Source: Octopus vulgaris (Eukaryota). From it: a stretch of DNA of 64,000 nucleotides. The stretch's first letter is position 1. Each line of letters begins with the position of its first letter. Shown here in pieces: positions 28,556-41,278 of this stretch. The position numbers were made by a program, and so were the translations under genes. Below the pieces are notes generated by a model. That model saw only the letters and a program-made list of their open reading frames with translations, had not been told where the DNA came from and made no database searches. Location: NCBI GenBank assembly GCA_951406725.2, contig OX597833.1, forward strand, positions 67,580,001 to 67,644,000. The letters run 5' to 3'.

Positions 28556-28824
28556 CTTTCAAGGTTAACGTCACTTCTACATTTATTATAGGTGTTATCA
28601 TATATTCTATTTTTACTATTCTTATGTATATTGTTGATTATCCTAAATCTATTTGTGTTGTTCCTAATAGTTCTACCTCCATTAGGGGGGTTCCCCTTAG
28701 GTATAAACCAAATCTTACTTTTATATCCTGCCTTAAGCAATGCTGCATTGTATCTATCACAGTGTTTGTTAAAAATGTCCTCGTTTGAGGATAAACTAGA
28801 AATTCTCTGACTAATGCTACGCAC
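28552..28824 (-). pseudogene. PLE ORF, RT thumb/C-terminal segment (upstream frame, truncated by the inverted repeat)
   Basis: SISQRISSLSSNEDIFNKHCDRYNAALLKAGY matches the conserved PLE post-RT segment. One base out of frame with 27356-28555; the RT core is absent. Confidence 0.8.
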
Positions 28825-29134
28825 TAATTCTCTGAAGAGGCCGTGGGGCATCCTTGTTAATGCCTCATTTATACCTGCCTTTATGGCTTATAGGTTAAAT
28901 GAGGTATGACTGTCCTCACTGCCGAAACAGCTGTCAGTTTTGATCTATTTGTATATTATATTTGAAATTTTTTACTTATATCTCTTTATATTTTTACTAT
29001 TACTGTATATCTCATTTCATTTTATATATTGCCTTTACTCATATGTAATGGTGTATTAAAGTATGGATTGAGTATCATCGGATAGTTGATGTTTTACTGA
29101 TTTAAGTATGTTTCTCCATTCTCTAATTTTGTAG

Positions 29135-29135
<1 letters not shown>
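28825..29135 (+). repeat. PLE terminal repeat, inverted copy (right arm)
   Basis: Reverse complement of 24919-25229. Confidence 0.95.
28828..28939 (+). ncRNA. Type I hammerhead with 85-nt stem II domain (inverted copy)
   Basis: Core CTGAAGA at 28832-28838, stem II region 28839-28923, GAAAC at 28924-28928, GTC ending at 28935. Stem I is weak. Confidence 0.75.
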
Positions 29136-29188
<53 letters not shown>

Positions 29189-29599
29189 GTATGTGTCTGT
29201 GTGTTTGTCTATGTATATATGCATGTATGAATGTATGTATTTAACTGAATGATTTTTTTTATAATCAGGACACATTTAAAAACCTTATAAATAGCTAAGG
29301 TTATCATTCATCAAAGAACTTCTATCAAATATTGAAAGCGGGATTTATACACAAAAGATGCAAAACTAGAAAAAAAGCAAATGTTGTACAGCTCGTGTTC
29401 TAACTCCATAATCTTCTCCGCGTTATTCCTATTATTACGCCTACTCAATCCTGATTTTTATTGAGATAATCCCAGTGTATTACCTTGTTGCATATTTCAA
29501 TCACGATGTCTTGTTCACAGGGCTGTCTTATTACATGTGCACACTCGACCGTCGTCGAGTTGCCCCACGGCCCTGGTCTACACAATTCCGACCTATTTT

Positions 29600-30275
29600 G
29601 TGGATTGCTGTCACTCAATAAAAACTATAGTACATTGGCTTGCCCAAGTCCACCACGGATCTTGGGGCTCTAATTCAGTGCTACGTACACAATGAATTGC
29701 TGTTTATAAATAAATGCTATAGGTAAACAGCACTAATTTGCTCATGCATGTTGCGGTTTGCTCTTATAATATAAATAATATCAGACATTGCATTGATTTG
29801 CCCAGGGATCCTCACGGTTTTTGGGGCCCAATTCAGACTTATGTTATGGCGTTGCTGTCAATACATAAATACTACAGAACCAGTGGATTGATTTGCAAAA
29901 GGCCCTACATTCCTCCTGAAGCAGCTAAATGTGTTCATATTTTAAGTCGGGGGTATGATTAGTACGTGCCCTCCTTTACTCAATTATCCTCATACGTTAA
30001 CGGCACTGATTTGCTCATGCTTGTTGCGGTTTTGCTCTCATAATATAAATAATATCAGCCATGCCATTGCATTGATTTGCCCAGAGATCCTCACGGGTTT
30101 TGGGGCCCAATTCAGACGTATGTTATATGGCTTGCTGTCAATATATAAATACTACAGAACCAGTGGAATGATTTACACACGGTCCTACAATCCTCCTGAA
30201 GCAGCTAAATGTGTTCATATTTTAACTCGGTGGCATGATTAGTACGTGCCCTCCTTTAATCACTTATCCTCATTT
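29600..30275. repeat. Diverged tandem repeat, about 275-bp units with internal subrepeats
   Basis: 29730-29993 aligns with 30003-30273; related shorter motifs occur at 29600-29720. Confidence 0.85.
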
Positions 30276-30639
30276 CTTAATCCACCAACGTGATGTGCGA
30301 TGACTAAGTCGTTGGGAGACAGATTCCCTCCAACAACTTAAACGCCATTTGTGTTGGCAAATACGATATCCTTTTATCCTATGAATTTACATTTCAGACA
30401 ACCTTCTCAAAAAGTACAAAAGCTCAGGGTTTAGTGCGAGTATAATATCGTAACCTTGAGACCTGCATTCTTTAGCCTGGGTCATGTTTTAAGTTTAGTT
30501 TTTAGTTTAGTGTCTGACGATGCGTCTCAAATTGAGCGGATATTATGAGAGTATCATAATTTTACTCTTTTGATGCGAAGATAACAAACTCTTAAAAGTG
30601 GTGACAGATTCACTCTCATTTATCTTTTTCTTTTCTCTC

Positions 30640-30980
30640 TTGCGTCACTCATTCGACTGCGGCCATGATGGAGCACAACCTTGAATGATTTCATCTAAAC
30701 GAATCGACCTGAGTAATTTTTAACCGCTGGTCCTTATTTTACTCGTCTCTTTCGCCGAAATGCGCAAACAATTCAACACCGAATCTCAAGTAGTGCTGGA
30801 GGACAATCACACAAGGACACAATCACACAAACGCGTATAGATATGGCGGGCATCATTCAGTTTCCGCCCAAGTAAATCCACTAAAAATGCTTCCTTCGAT
30901 TTGAAACTATAGGAGACAACACTAACTCAAGTTGCCCTCTATTGGGACTGATCCCAGAACTATGAGGCAGGGAAGCAAAC
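30640..30980 (-). mobile_element. SINE family A, old degenerate copy
   Basis: TTCGACTGCGGCCATGATGGAGCAC...TTCAGTTTCCG...GGGACTGATCCCAGAAC follows the family A layout. Confidence 0.65.
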
Positions 30981-31413
30981 TAAAAGTCATCTAAAAGTCA
31001 ACAGCTCAATTGGCCCAAAATCTGTTAACCTTCGCTTCGTCTTATACACCCAGTCAACTTATTCCTCGACCAATACAGTAAATCCTAAAGAGAGACAGCC
31101 GCCATTTATGTCATGAATAACTTAATGGTTTGCTTTGTACTCAGTCTGAATGTAAATTGTTTTATGGCAAAGGACTTCTTTTATGTTGATGGACAATTAT
31201 AAGATATAGAATGGTGGTTATTTTTCAACATATTTATTCCTTTTTTTATATTGAACAACAGAATTGGTCGGATTATAGAACATGAACAGAATGCCGAAAA
31301 TATCTAGAAATTTTCAGTATATTTCTTAGTTAATGTTTAATAGTTAAACGTTTGTGTTTGAGATCTTATTTTCGAGTATATAACAATCCAGCGAGAGATA
31401 AGGGGGAGTGAGT

Positions 31414-31485
<72 letters not shown>

Positions 31486-31769
31486 GAGATAAGTTTCTTT
31501 ATTGGCCACACAGGGCTGCACACAGATGGTACAAGTTACAAGGTAGAGCTTTTCTTTTGGGGATGAAAAAAAGGGGGTGGCGTAGGTTTTCGATGAAGAG
31601 GGATCGTAAAAGGGAAGAAAAGAACAAAAAAAATAAAAAATGAAAAAATAAATAGAATAAAAAATAAAAAGAATAAAAGAAAAAAAAAAGAAAGAAAGAA
31701 AGGGAAAAGGAACAAAAGAAAAGAGAAATGAAAAAAGAAGAAAAAGGGGAAAAAAGGGGAAGAGGAAAA

Positions 31770-31825
<56 letters not shown>

Positions 31826-32974
31826 GGAGAGAGAGAAAGAGAGCGAAAGAAACAGGAAGGGAAAGAAGGTAGGAGAGAAAGAATAGCAGAGAGGGTGAAT
31901 AGATATGAGAAAATGATGCATGAAGAATGCTGTTTAGCGTTTGAAATTTTGTATGTGAGAGAAATGGTGAGATGTGAATAGGAGAGACGGTGTTATGTGA
32001 GGAACAAAGCCCCGTCCCTAACTACTAGAAACGCTATAGAAATGGTGAGAAGCCTTTTGGTATTAATTTATTAAGTCTCAAAGGACAGCAAAAGCGGCGT
32101 GGATGCGCCTACATAGTAACATCTCCATTAATTGAAAAGCAAAAAGAAAAAATATGGCTGCCATACTTATGTCTACGTACGTAACAAAAGGCTTCTTTGA
32201 TTACTGGAAATGACAATGTGTTAGTTACGTCAATTTAGGCAAATTTGCAAATTTTCTTTCATCTTTTCTATCCAAAAGCGCGAGAGTTAGCGATTGGATA
32301 TGATATAAATGGCGTCAAAGATTAACACACGTCTTGACGCTATTTCTATCAGAACTGATCGAGATCAGAAAGATTTAAGGGAATAGATAGTTATCCACTA
32401 CAAGTACATTCTTGTGCCTTATTATTGGGGATAAAAGGGATAGATTGTCGAACCGCTAGGGATTCATTTGAAATTCAAACCAATCCTTAGTGTTAACAGA
32501 TTGCCGTCGGTAAAATATTTATCTCTAGGTTTGAGATAAACGCTTTAAAGTACATTCGTTTAACCATAATTCGGGCGGTGTGCGTGTCAATATGATGGAG
32601 TATATCCCACTTTTATGCATCTGGTCTTGTGCAAATAGCTAGAAATTATTATTATTGGCACAATGGCCTAATTGTTAGAAGATCGGAAAAAACTGCCTAA
32701 TGGTATTTCTTCTGGCTCTTTTCGTATTCAGTTGAAATTTTAGTTGGGAGAAATTTTCCCTTTCATAAGAATAGTTACAAATCGCATCCGATGATATTTT
32801 CTCTCGAGTAGAAATATTGATTAGGTACAGCACATAAAGATCTTTGCAAGATTTACTAACATAATCCTACCACAGCTCTATGATATGATAGAATATAATA
32901 AAACATAACAGAAACTCGCAGCAGGAGAGATTTTCAGAAGAAGAACTGGTATTTATTTTATCGACCCCGAAAGT

Positions 32975-33185
32975 CTGTGACCGCGTGTGTACCGTTGGCG
33001 ATTTTTTCCCCTCCGTCTTCCCTTCTTTGGATCTTTCCTTGTCCTATATTTCTGACGAAGAGCTCCGCTCAAAACGTTATACCCTCCTTCTTTCCTTCTT
33101 TCCTGAGCGTCCAATAATACTATACTTGTTCCACGTCCTCGCGTTGTTGTGTTTTCTCTTTGTGTTTTCATGTTTGGATTTACTT
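32975..33185 (+). mobile_element. Solo PLE-type terminal repeat fragment with mutated hammerhead
   Basis: CTGACGA-A-GAGC tcc GCTC-AAAAC GTT at about 33052-33078 (G12 changed to A). Related to 12272-12540. Confidence 0.55.
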
Positions 33186-33227
33186 TATATATTTACACAT
33201 ACATACATACATACATACATACATACA

Positions 33228-33317
<90 letters not shown>

Positions 33318-33679
33318 TATATCACACAGTTAATTTCAAGACTATTTGGACTCAGCATGTAAAGAGCCGGAAAAATACGGTATGGTATTTTTATGCGCAG
33401 TTTTAACGAAAGACCCAATCCTCCAACAAGCTGATCAGGTGTGTTGCGTAAGGTGTTAAAGCAATGGATATTCTTGCATTCTTTTCTAGAATTTGTGTTT
33501 GCAATGTGCAATCTTCATTCTAAGATGTGTTTTGGTGAAAGAGAGTGGACAGAAAAAGGTGGGGAGAAAGAGGGGAGAGATAGTGCGAGAGAGAGAGAAA
33601 GAGAGGGAGAAAGAGAGGGAAAGAAAAGAGAGAGAGGTAACTGCTGCTTTTAGGGTAAAAGGATGTTTAATATTTTATC

Positions 33680-34045
33680 GATTACTTGTTTCAGTCATTC
33701 GATTCCGGTCATACTGTAGCACTGCCATAAAATATTTTAGTCGAACTAACAGATCAATAAGTTTCATAAATATGGCATGTATTTTATGGCTCTGTTTTGC
33801 TGGGGTGTAAACACAGCAGGTTGCCAAGCAGAGTTATTGGGACAGAATCAAACACAAATCCACACACATACACACACACACACACACATATTTATATATG
33901 CAATGGGGTTCTTTTCAGGTTCCCTCTATCAAATCATCTCACAAGGCTTTGGTCGGTACAAGACACTCACCCAAGGTGCCACGCAATGGAACTGAACGTG
34001 GAGCCATGCAGTTTAGAAACCATGCTTCTTAATACACAACCACTC
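33680..34045 (-). mobile_element. SINE family A (diverged)
   Basis: TTACTTGTTTCAGTCATT...CACAAGGCTTTGGTCGG...CCAAGGTGCCACGCA. Confidence 0.75.
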
Positions 34046-34309
34046 TGGTGCCCATTCATGAATATTTTATGCTGTCAAAATGCTTTAAATCGAGATAACG
34101 TTAATGGATTGTTCCGATAAAACTATCTGCTGAGGGCTCTCACTCAATCTAACTCATTTACATCCAGCTGTAATTATTTCATATAATCAGATTTAACTTT
34201 ATTACCTCATTAATTAAATTCTATTCACATATATTCGCACCTTTATGTTGTAGCTTAGCATTTATATGTCTCACCATGAACCGTTAATCCCGCTTTAATT
34301 TATCTGCCA

Positions 34310-35340
<1,031 letters not shown>

Positions 35341-35734
35341 ATATAAGTGTATGTATGCATTTAAGTGTTTATTTTACACATGATAATCTTTTCTAGCACA
35401 AATAATCCCGCTATTTGCCTTATGAATTAAGTAGTTTCTTGTAACGAATTATGAAATCTAATTAGAGATATCAGTGGAAATAAATCCATAACCGAGGATT
35501 TTGCTAATGTGGTATTTATCATTATAGGCGATACTGTTGTATTTGACGTTGTTGCTCTTATTTCAACGCCAATTAAAGTTGTATATCAGATATATAGCAC
35601 CACAATTATATGTAAATTGGAATAATGAAATTAATAGGAATTATCGTATACATTCATACGTGTAGTAACGGCGACCTAATTACTGGTATACGGACATTCG
35701 CTGTTTTATAAAAATGCATAGAAGACATTAGATA

Positions 35735-35923
35735 GAGGGGACAGACGAAGGGATTAAGTCGATCATATTGACCCCAGTGCGTAACTGGTACTTAATTTAT
35801 CGACCCCGAAAGGATGAAAGTCAAAGTCGACCTTGGCGGAATTTGAACTCAGAACGTAACGGCAGACGAAATACGGCTACGCATTATGCCCGGCGTCCTA
35901 AAGTTTCTGCCAGCTCGCCGCCT
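35735..35923 (-). mobile_element. SINE family B
   Basis: Matches 15645-15840. Confidence 0.9.
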
Positions 35924-36042
35924 TAGTGCAAGCATTAAATCAAATTGGTTGGGCACAGTTGGAATGTTGATGATTATTGGTAAGCTCAATAAGAATTGGC
36001 TCGGATTTAAAGAACAACATGAAAAACTACTTTATCATATTG

Positions 36043-36179
<137 letters not shown>

Positions 36180-36184
36180 TTCTA

Positions 36185-36375
36185 CAAGGCCTTGAAACAT
36201 TTGCGGTGAAAGGGATTAAGTCGATTACATTGACCCCAGCGCGTAACATTATCGACCCCGAAAGGATGAGAGGCAAAGTCAACCTAGGCGGAATTTGAAC
36301 TCAGAACGTAGCGGGAGACGAAACACCGCTAAGAATTTTGCCCAGCGTGCTAACGATCCTGCCAGCTTGCCGCCT
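36185..36375 (-). mobile_element. SINE family B within a (TAA)n field
   Basis: Matches the family B head and central domain. Confidence 0.88.
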
Positions 36376-36376
36376 C

Positions 36377-36452
<76 letters not shown>

Positions 36453-37963
36453 CATCTATCACAACACTTTTATATTGAATTTTATGTAGACCTAGCTGCG
36501 TTGGCTATCATTTAGTTAGAGAAAAGGATGTGTAAATAGGTAATATGCCGTTTTTAATAAGGCAACGATCTGGCAGAATCGTTATCGCACCAGGGAAAAT
36601 GCTTTGCGGTATTTCGTTTATCTTTCCGTTCTGGTTTCAAATTCTGCCGTGGTCAACAAGGGACTAAACCTGGCACGCTGTGGTTACGAACCAGACGTCT
36701 TACCATACAGCCATGCCTGGGGGACTCTTTCTTTAAAACCAGCATGTTGAATAGTTAAGTCAACAAATATGTTTCGTTCTTATTAAACCTCCTCAGCGAA
36801 GCACATTGTACTCAAATGGTATAACGTAGAAATGATCATTGTATATATATATATACAGAGAGAGAGAGAGAGAGAGAGAAATAGAAGAAAATTAGTGACG
36901 TTAATTATAGTTATTATGAAGAATGTAAATAAAACTACATTCAAAGCAGTTTAGGATAGCTTCCGGCAAATAACAAAGATTCTATGGCATCAACCATATG
37001 GAGTTGTGTTGGTGCGTGTTTGTGTGTTTAAATATTTGCATGTATTCTAATTGCAAAGTTGTTCTATGAACAAAGAAAAATACTACACGTTAATTACGAA
37101 TGCTTGCGTAAATATTGATTAAGTACACATATAATTGCCATTCCTAAATACAATTTCGATGCTTGCAGAGTCTCAGTGCGAGTTCCGTTCGGATGGAATT
37201 TATAATATCTTGCTGTGACATTTCCGAATATCACATGTTACCGTGTCGCCAGAAGAACAAAGCCTAGCTGTCAGGAGTAGCGTCGTGAAAAGAAAGCAGA
37301 CTGATAGACCGGAAGTATATTAACGTTCGCTTCATTTGTCACAACGAAACCTCAAGACAGCTCATTAATGAGATTTGTTTTAAGAAAACAAATGTTCTGC
37401 GTTGAAAAGACGACTAAAGATCTCCTGGGTGGCGAGGAATATTCATCTAATGGTTGCATCATTAGCCGCATAAAATAATGAATATATAATTATCAATGTT
37501 TATGATGTGCCTGCCGTGCATCTATGGATGATTTGTGTGAGTGTGAAAGCGGGAAAAATATGGACGTATGTACATACGCACGTACACACAGGTAAATATA
37601 TAAATGTGTGTATAAATACATAAGTGTGTATGTGTGTGCGTGTTTATGTGTGTATATATATATATATATATATAGGCTGGGATTTCGTTATTTTCTTTCT
37701 CTTTACCATATACGAGTTACAAATTCTGTTTGTTTGTGGTGACATTTTTTTTAGTAGGAGAAATAGTGATCTATTTGGCTGCTATTTCTAATATTTTCGG
37801 TATTTGGTTTTGAGCAACTTGCTGCAATTAACCCTTTATCATAATTAATATAATTCTTATCAAATTTGGTCTTTTCCATACCGAAAAATCTACTCGGTGA
37901 AATTTATTAATTTTATTAAATTAATTATATTTCACCCTTTTTGTATATATGTATATATACATA

Positions 37964-38057
<94 letters not shown>

Positions 38058-38139
38058 TAGATAAGAAAGTTGGTTTGTGAAAGCACGTGGTTGAATATAT
38101 AGAAAATAGTAAAAAGTGAAAAAACTACAGAAGGCTTAC

Positions 38140-38211
<72 letters not shown>

Positions 38212-39929
38212 TTATATGTATATATATTAATGCACTCACACAACTATACTGGCAGGGAGAAAAATGAATGCTATTCCTTGATGCATTCGTACGACAGAAA
38301 AGAAAATTTAGAAAGAAGTATGAAGGCAACTGTGTAGAATATTTAGAAATATTTCGAACTGGTTCATTGTTTATGCAGCAAGGTGTGTGTGTGTGTGTAT
38401 GTGTGTCTGTGTGCCTGTGTGTGTGAGGTCCTCTTAAGTTCATCCTTATACATTTCCGATAGAATTTAGAGCCGGCAACGGAAGTTACCATATTACGAAT
38501 ACGTCTTTGTAAACAATGCGATCGAAGATAGAAAAGTAAGTAATAGGTGTATATGCCTATTTCAGGTCTCATTGCACTTTCATCAGCGTCACATTCAACC
38601 CATTAGTCTTCCACGAACACATTGCTTAAATAGCCGCTACGTTTAGCGGTGTAACAGTTTTGAAGAAACCGATTTAGGCATATATGCACGCATAAATGCA
38701 TTCGTTGAAATGGCTTTGGAAACATTTGTCTCTTTATCGTAAGTCAGCATCAAAAGATGAGCGGATCACGCGTGTTGTTGATCCCGGCTAAATCAAAATA
38801 TAGCACTGGGCGTGTAGAAAGCAGTGTTTCGTATAAATAAACATTTAGATCAGTTGAAACATGTTTGTCCCAAACGTGTTTAACTAGATTTAAACATTTG
38901 TTTATTCGCAACAGTGCTTTCCCGCGACCACTACAATAAAATTTCTCCTTTTTATCCAATTATCAGAAGATGTTTTCATGCACAATTCACACGAACGCTA
39001 GATTTCAGTTCCCTGATAGTTTATTATCGGATCAACAAAACTCAGGTCATAATGTTCTTTGCAGTTCAGTTGACTTCACTGCCTTAAGGCACTTGTGAAA
39101 TACGATCGCTTCGTTGAGGTTTCAAAATTTCACCATAATGTTGTGTCAAACCGGTCTTTTCTGAAGGCGCGTTTTACACAATAAATATACAGGATTTTTG
39201 AAACCAAAAGTTATTGAAAATGTTGAGAAACGAAACAAAGATATGTCAGCAGTAGAATTGTGTGTTTCTGAGAAATTACTAGGATATCAAGAAAGATAAC
39301 GAAAATATTTCAGACAATGCTAAAGAGCAAATGTTTGTTTTTCATCAATAAAGTGCTTACAATAGAAGAAAATAGTTGCAGTGAAGTTATTTGTTAGTAG
39401 TCTAAACAAAATTCGTGTTACTCGTAGAGCTACCCTAATCCATGAACAGGATGCAATGTCGAAATCAAAGAAGTTATGTGGCGCTATGCTCATGAGACGA
39501 GCGCACAAATAGCAGTTTTCAGATCCCAATGATAAAATTTTAGTTACATTAGTTTGTAATCAGAAATTGGCCGAAGATAGATCATAAGGTTTCTTGTCCT
39601 GGGAACATGGAGAAAAGATTAAAAACCCTATTACTTTCGAAATGCCAGAATATCGCACGATGAACTAAGAACGGTAAACAAAAGAATTTCTTATGGGCAC
39701 CACTGGTCTACGGTTGATTTTATGAGAATACTGCTACCAAAAGATGAATAACGTATAGAATTATTATCCATATGCATACACAGAGCTGGATGGATAAGAG
39801 AAGATGTAGAAAATAATGAAAGTAAGTTTGAAATTTACGAAATGGGGGAATACCAAGTTTAAAAACCGTTGGGTTGCTTCGGACCAGTATAGGGAACATC
39901 CAGGAAAGGCTGTCGTTGATAACGTTCGA

Positions 39930-40390
39930 TCATAACCCACTCACATCGCTATCATATCCGGAGGAATGTCCAAGTGTTTTGCAACATTTTGATGTTAGCA
40001 TCAATAAGACATTTAAGGTCGTTCTGTTAATCAGTGGAATAATAATAACTGGATGTGAAATGGAGATAAAAAAACCAACAAAATAATACTTAGAAGAAGG
40101 GAAGCTTTATGCTGGCTCCATCAGTGTTTCTGATCTGCGAATGGATCGTTGATTCATTGAAGGAAATAAAATCTGTCATTATTGTCAAATCCTTGAAGAA
40201 ATGTGGTATTTTGAATGCATTGGATGGCACAAAAGACGATTATTTGCGAGACGATGTGGATGAAGAAATGGCTGATAGGCTACGAACGAGGATGAAGATG
40301 ATCCTTACGATGATATCATTTATCCAGATGATTGCGAAAATTTATTTGGTGCTGAATATTGATGAGTGAGATTTTGAAGAATTTTAATGA
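39930..40390 (+). pseudogene. pogo/Tigger-like DDE transposase remnant
   Basis: VLQHFDVSINKTFK resembles LQPLDVSINKPFK. EWIVDSLKEI...IVKSLKKCGILNALDGTKDD resembles the pogo C-terminal SFKKCGISNALDGSEDD followed by an acidic tail. Contains frameshifts and stops. Confidence 0.75.
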
Positions 40391-40898
40391 ACTTTTCTGC
40401 CTGAAATATTTAAAATAGACCACGTTATTTTAATTTAAATTTGTATAAATTTCTACTTCATATTTTTCTATGCATAAATATAAGATGACTAATTCACTCT
40501 CATTTATATCATCATTATTTATTTTTATGTGTGGATTATATTTTATGGTCTTAAGCTGCCTTAAATGTACTAAAAATAAAATTGTAACAATGAATGGAAG
40601 CCCCTAATCCAGCCATAAAGAAAAGGAAGAAAATGCTTTCGCTAAGATTGTTGTTTTCATGGAGAGTGCTATTGTGCCTGTATGCCCTTCATCAATTTTA
40701 GTATTGAAATCTTTTAGCTGTATTGAATTAATTAGGAATAAAAATGCAGTACTGGTATGGAAACCTGTGATAAGTGTAATTTTAAGCCAAAATATAAAAA
40801 TTACATGTTTAGAGATTTGAGCAAGTGATGCTTGATCGTCAACAGTTGACCGACCTGGTGAACGAGATGGCTATAAAAGCATAGTGAGTTACTAGTAA

Positions 40899-41278
40899 TC
40901 TCTCTCTATATAAAGTCTGTCTATGGCAGGTTTGGTAGCCTTCAACTAACACTATCTCCTCTAAGACCCTGCGGCGCAAGTTGACCAAAATTGAGAGTAT
41001 GATAGAAGAAGGCTTGCTCTTCATTCTGTAGAAGAAAACATTCAAATCGGACCACGTTAACACCAAAATTTTTTACATCAAAAAGGTACTTTTGTCTATG
41101 AAAATCCCTATTTTTACGATTTTTTTACTGCTGTGTCGCCATTTTTAGGTGTATTTCAACCAGAAAAATGTTCACTTAAAGAGAATAACAAGCTACATAA
41201 TGCACACTTTGTACTTTTCAAAAATTCTATTTCTAAAGGGTTGAAACAAACCCGAGCAACGCCGGCCGATACTGCTAG
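40899..41278 (+). mobile_element. Non-autonomous Helitron
   Basis: 5' TC(TCTCTCTATATAAA), 3' GC-rich hairpin CCCGAGCAACGCCGG then CTAG, inserted between A (40898) and T (41279), no TSD. Confidence 0.8.

Larger units (their letters stand above)
24750..29135 (-). mobile_element. 5'-truncated Penelope-like retroelement with inverted terminal repeat
   Basis: GIY-YIG ORF, long AT-rich 3' region, HHR-bearing terminal repeat at 24919-25229 and its inverted copy at 28825-29135. Both ends abut (TA)n. Confidence 0.9.

Noticed and set aside
28540-28570. Selenocysteine or stop read-through at AGG TGA
   Set aside because: Reading through in that frame does not reach the conserved downstream motifs, which are in the -1 frame.
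24919-29135. TIR DNA transposon interpretation of the 311-bp inverted repeats
   Set aside because: The internal ORF is a PLE GIY-YIG/RT-thumb protein, the arms carry a hammerhead, and element-like sequence continues beyond the left arm.
38548-38592. Possible hammerhead on the minus strand (CTGATGA-AAGT...ACCT-GAAAT AGGC ATA)
   Set aside because: Core is present but stem II has a mismatch and stem I barely pairs; at best a decayed copy, so not called as a feature.
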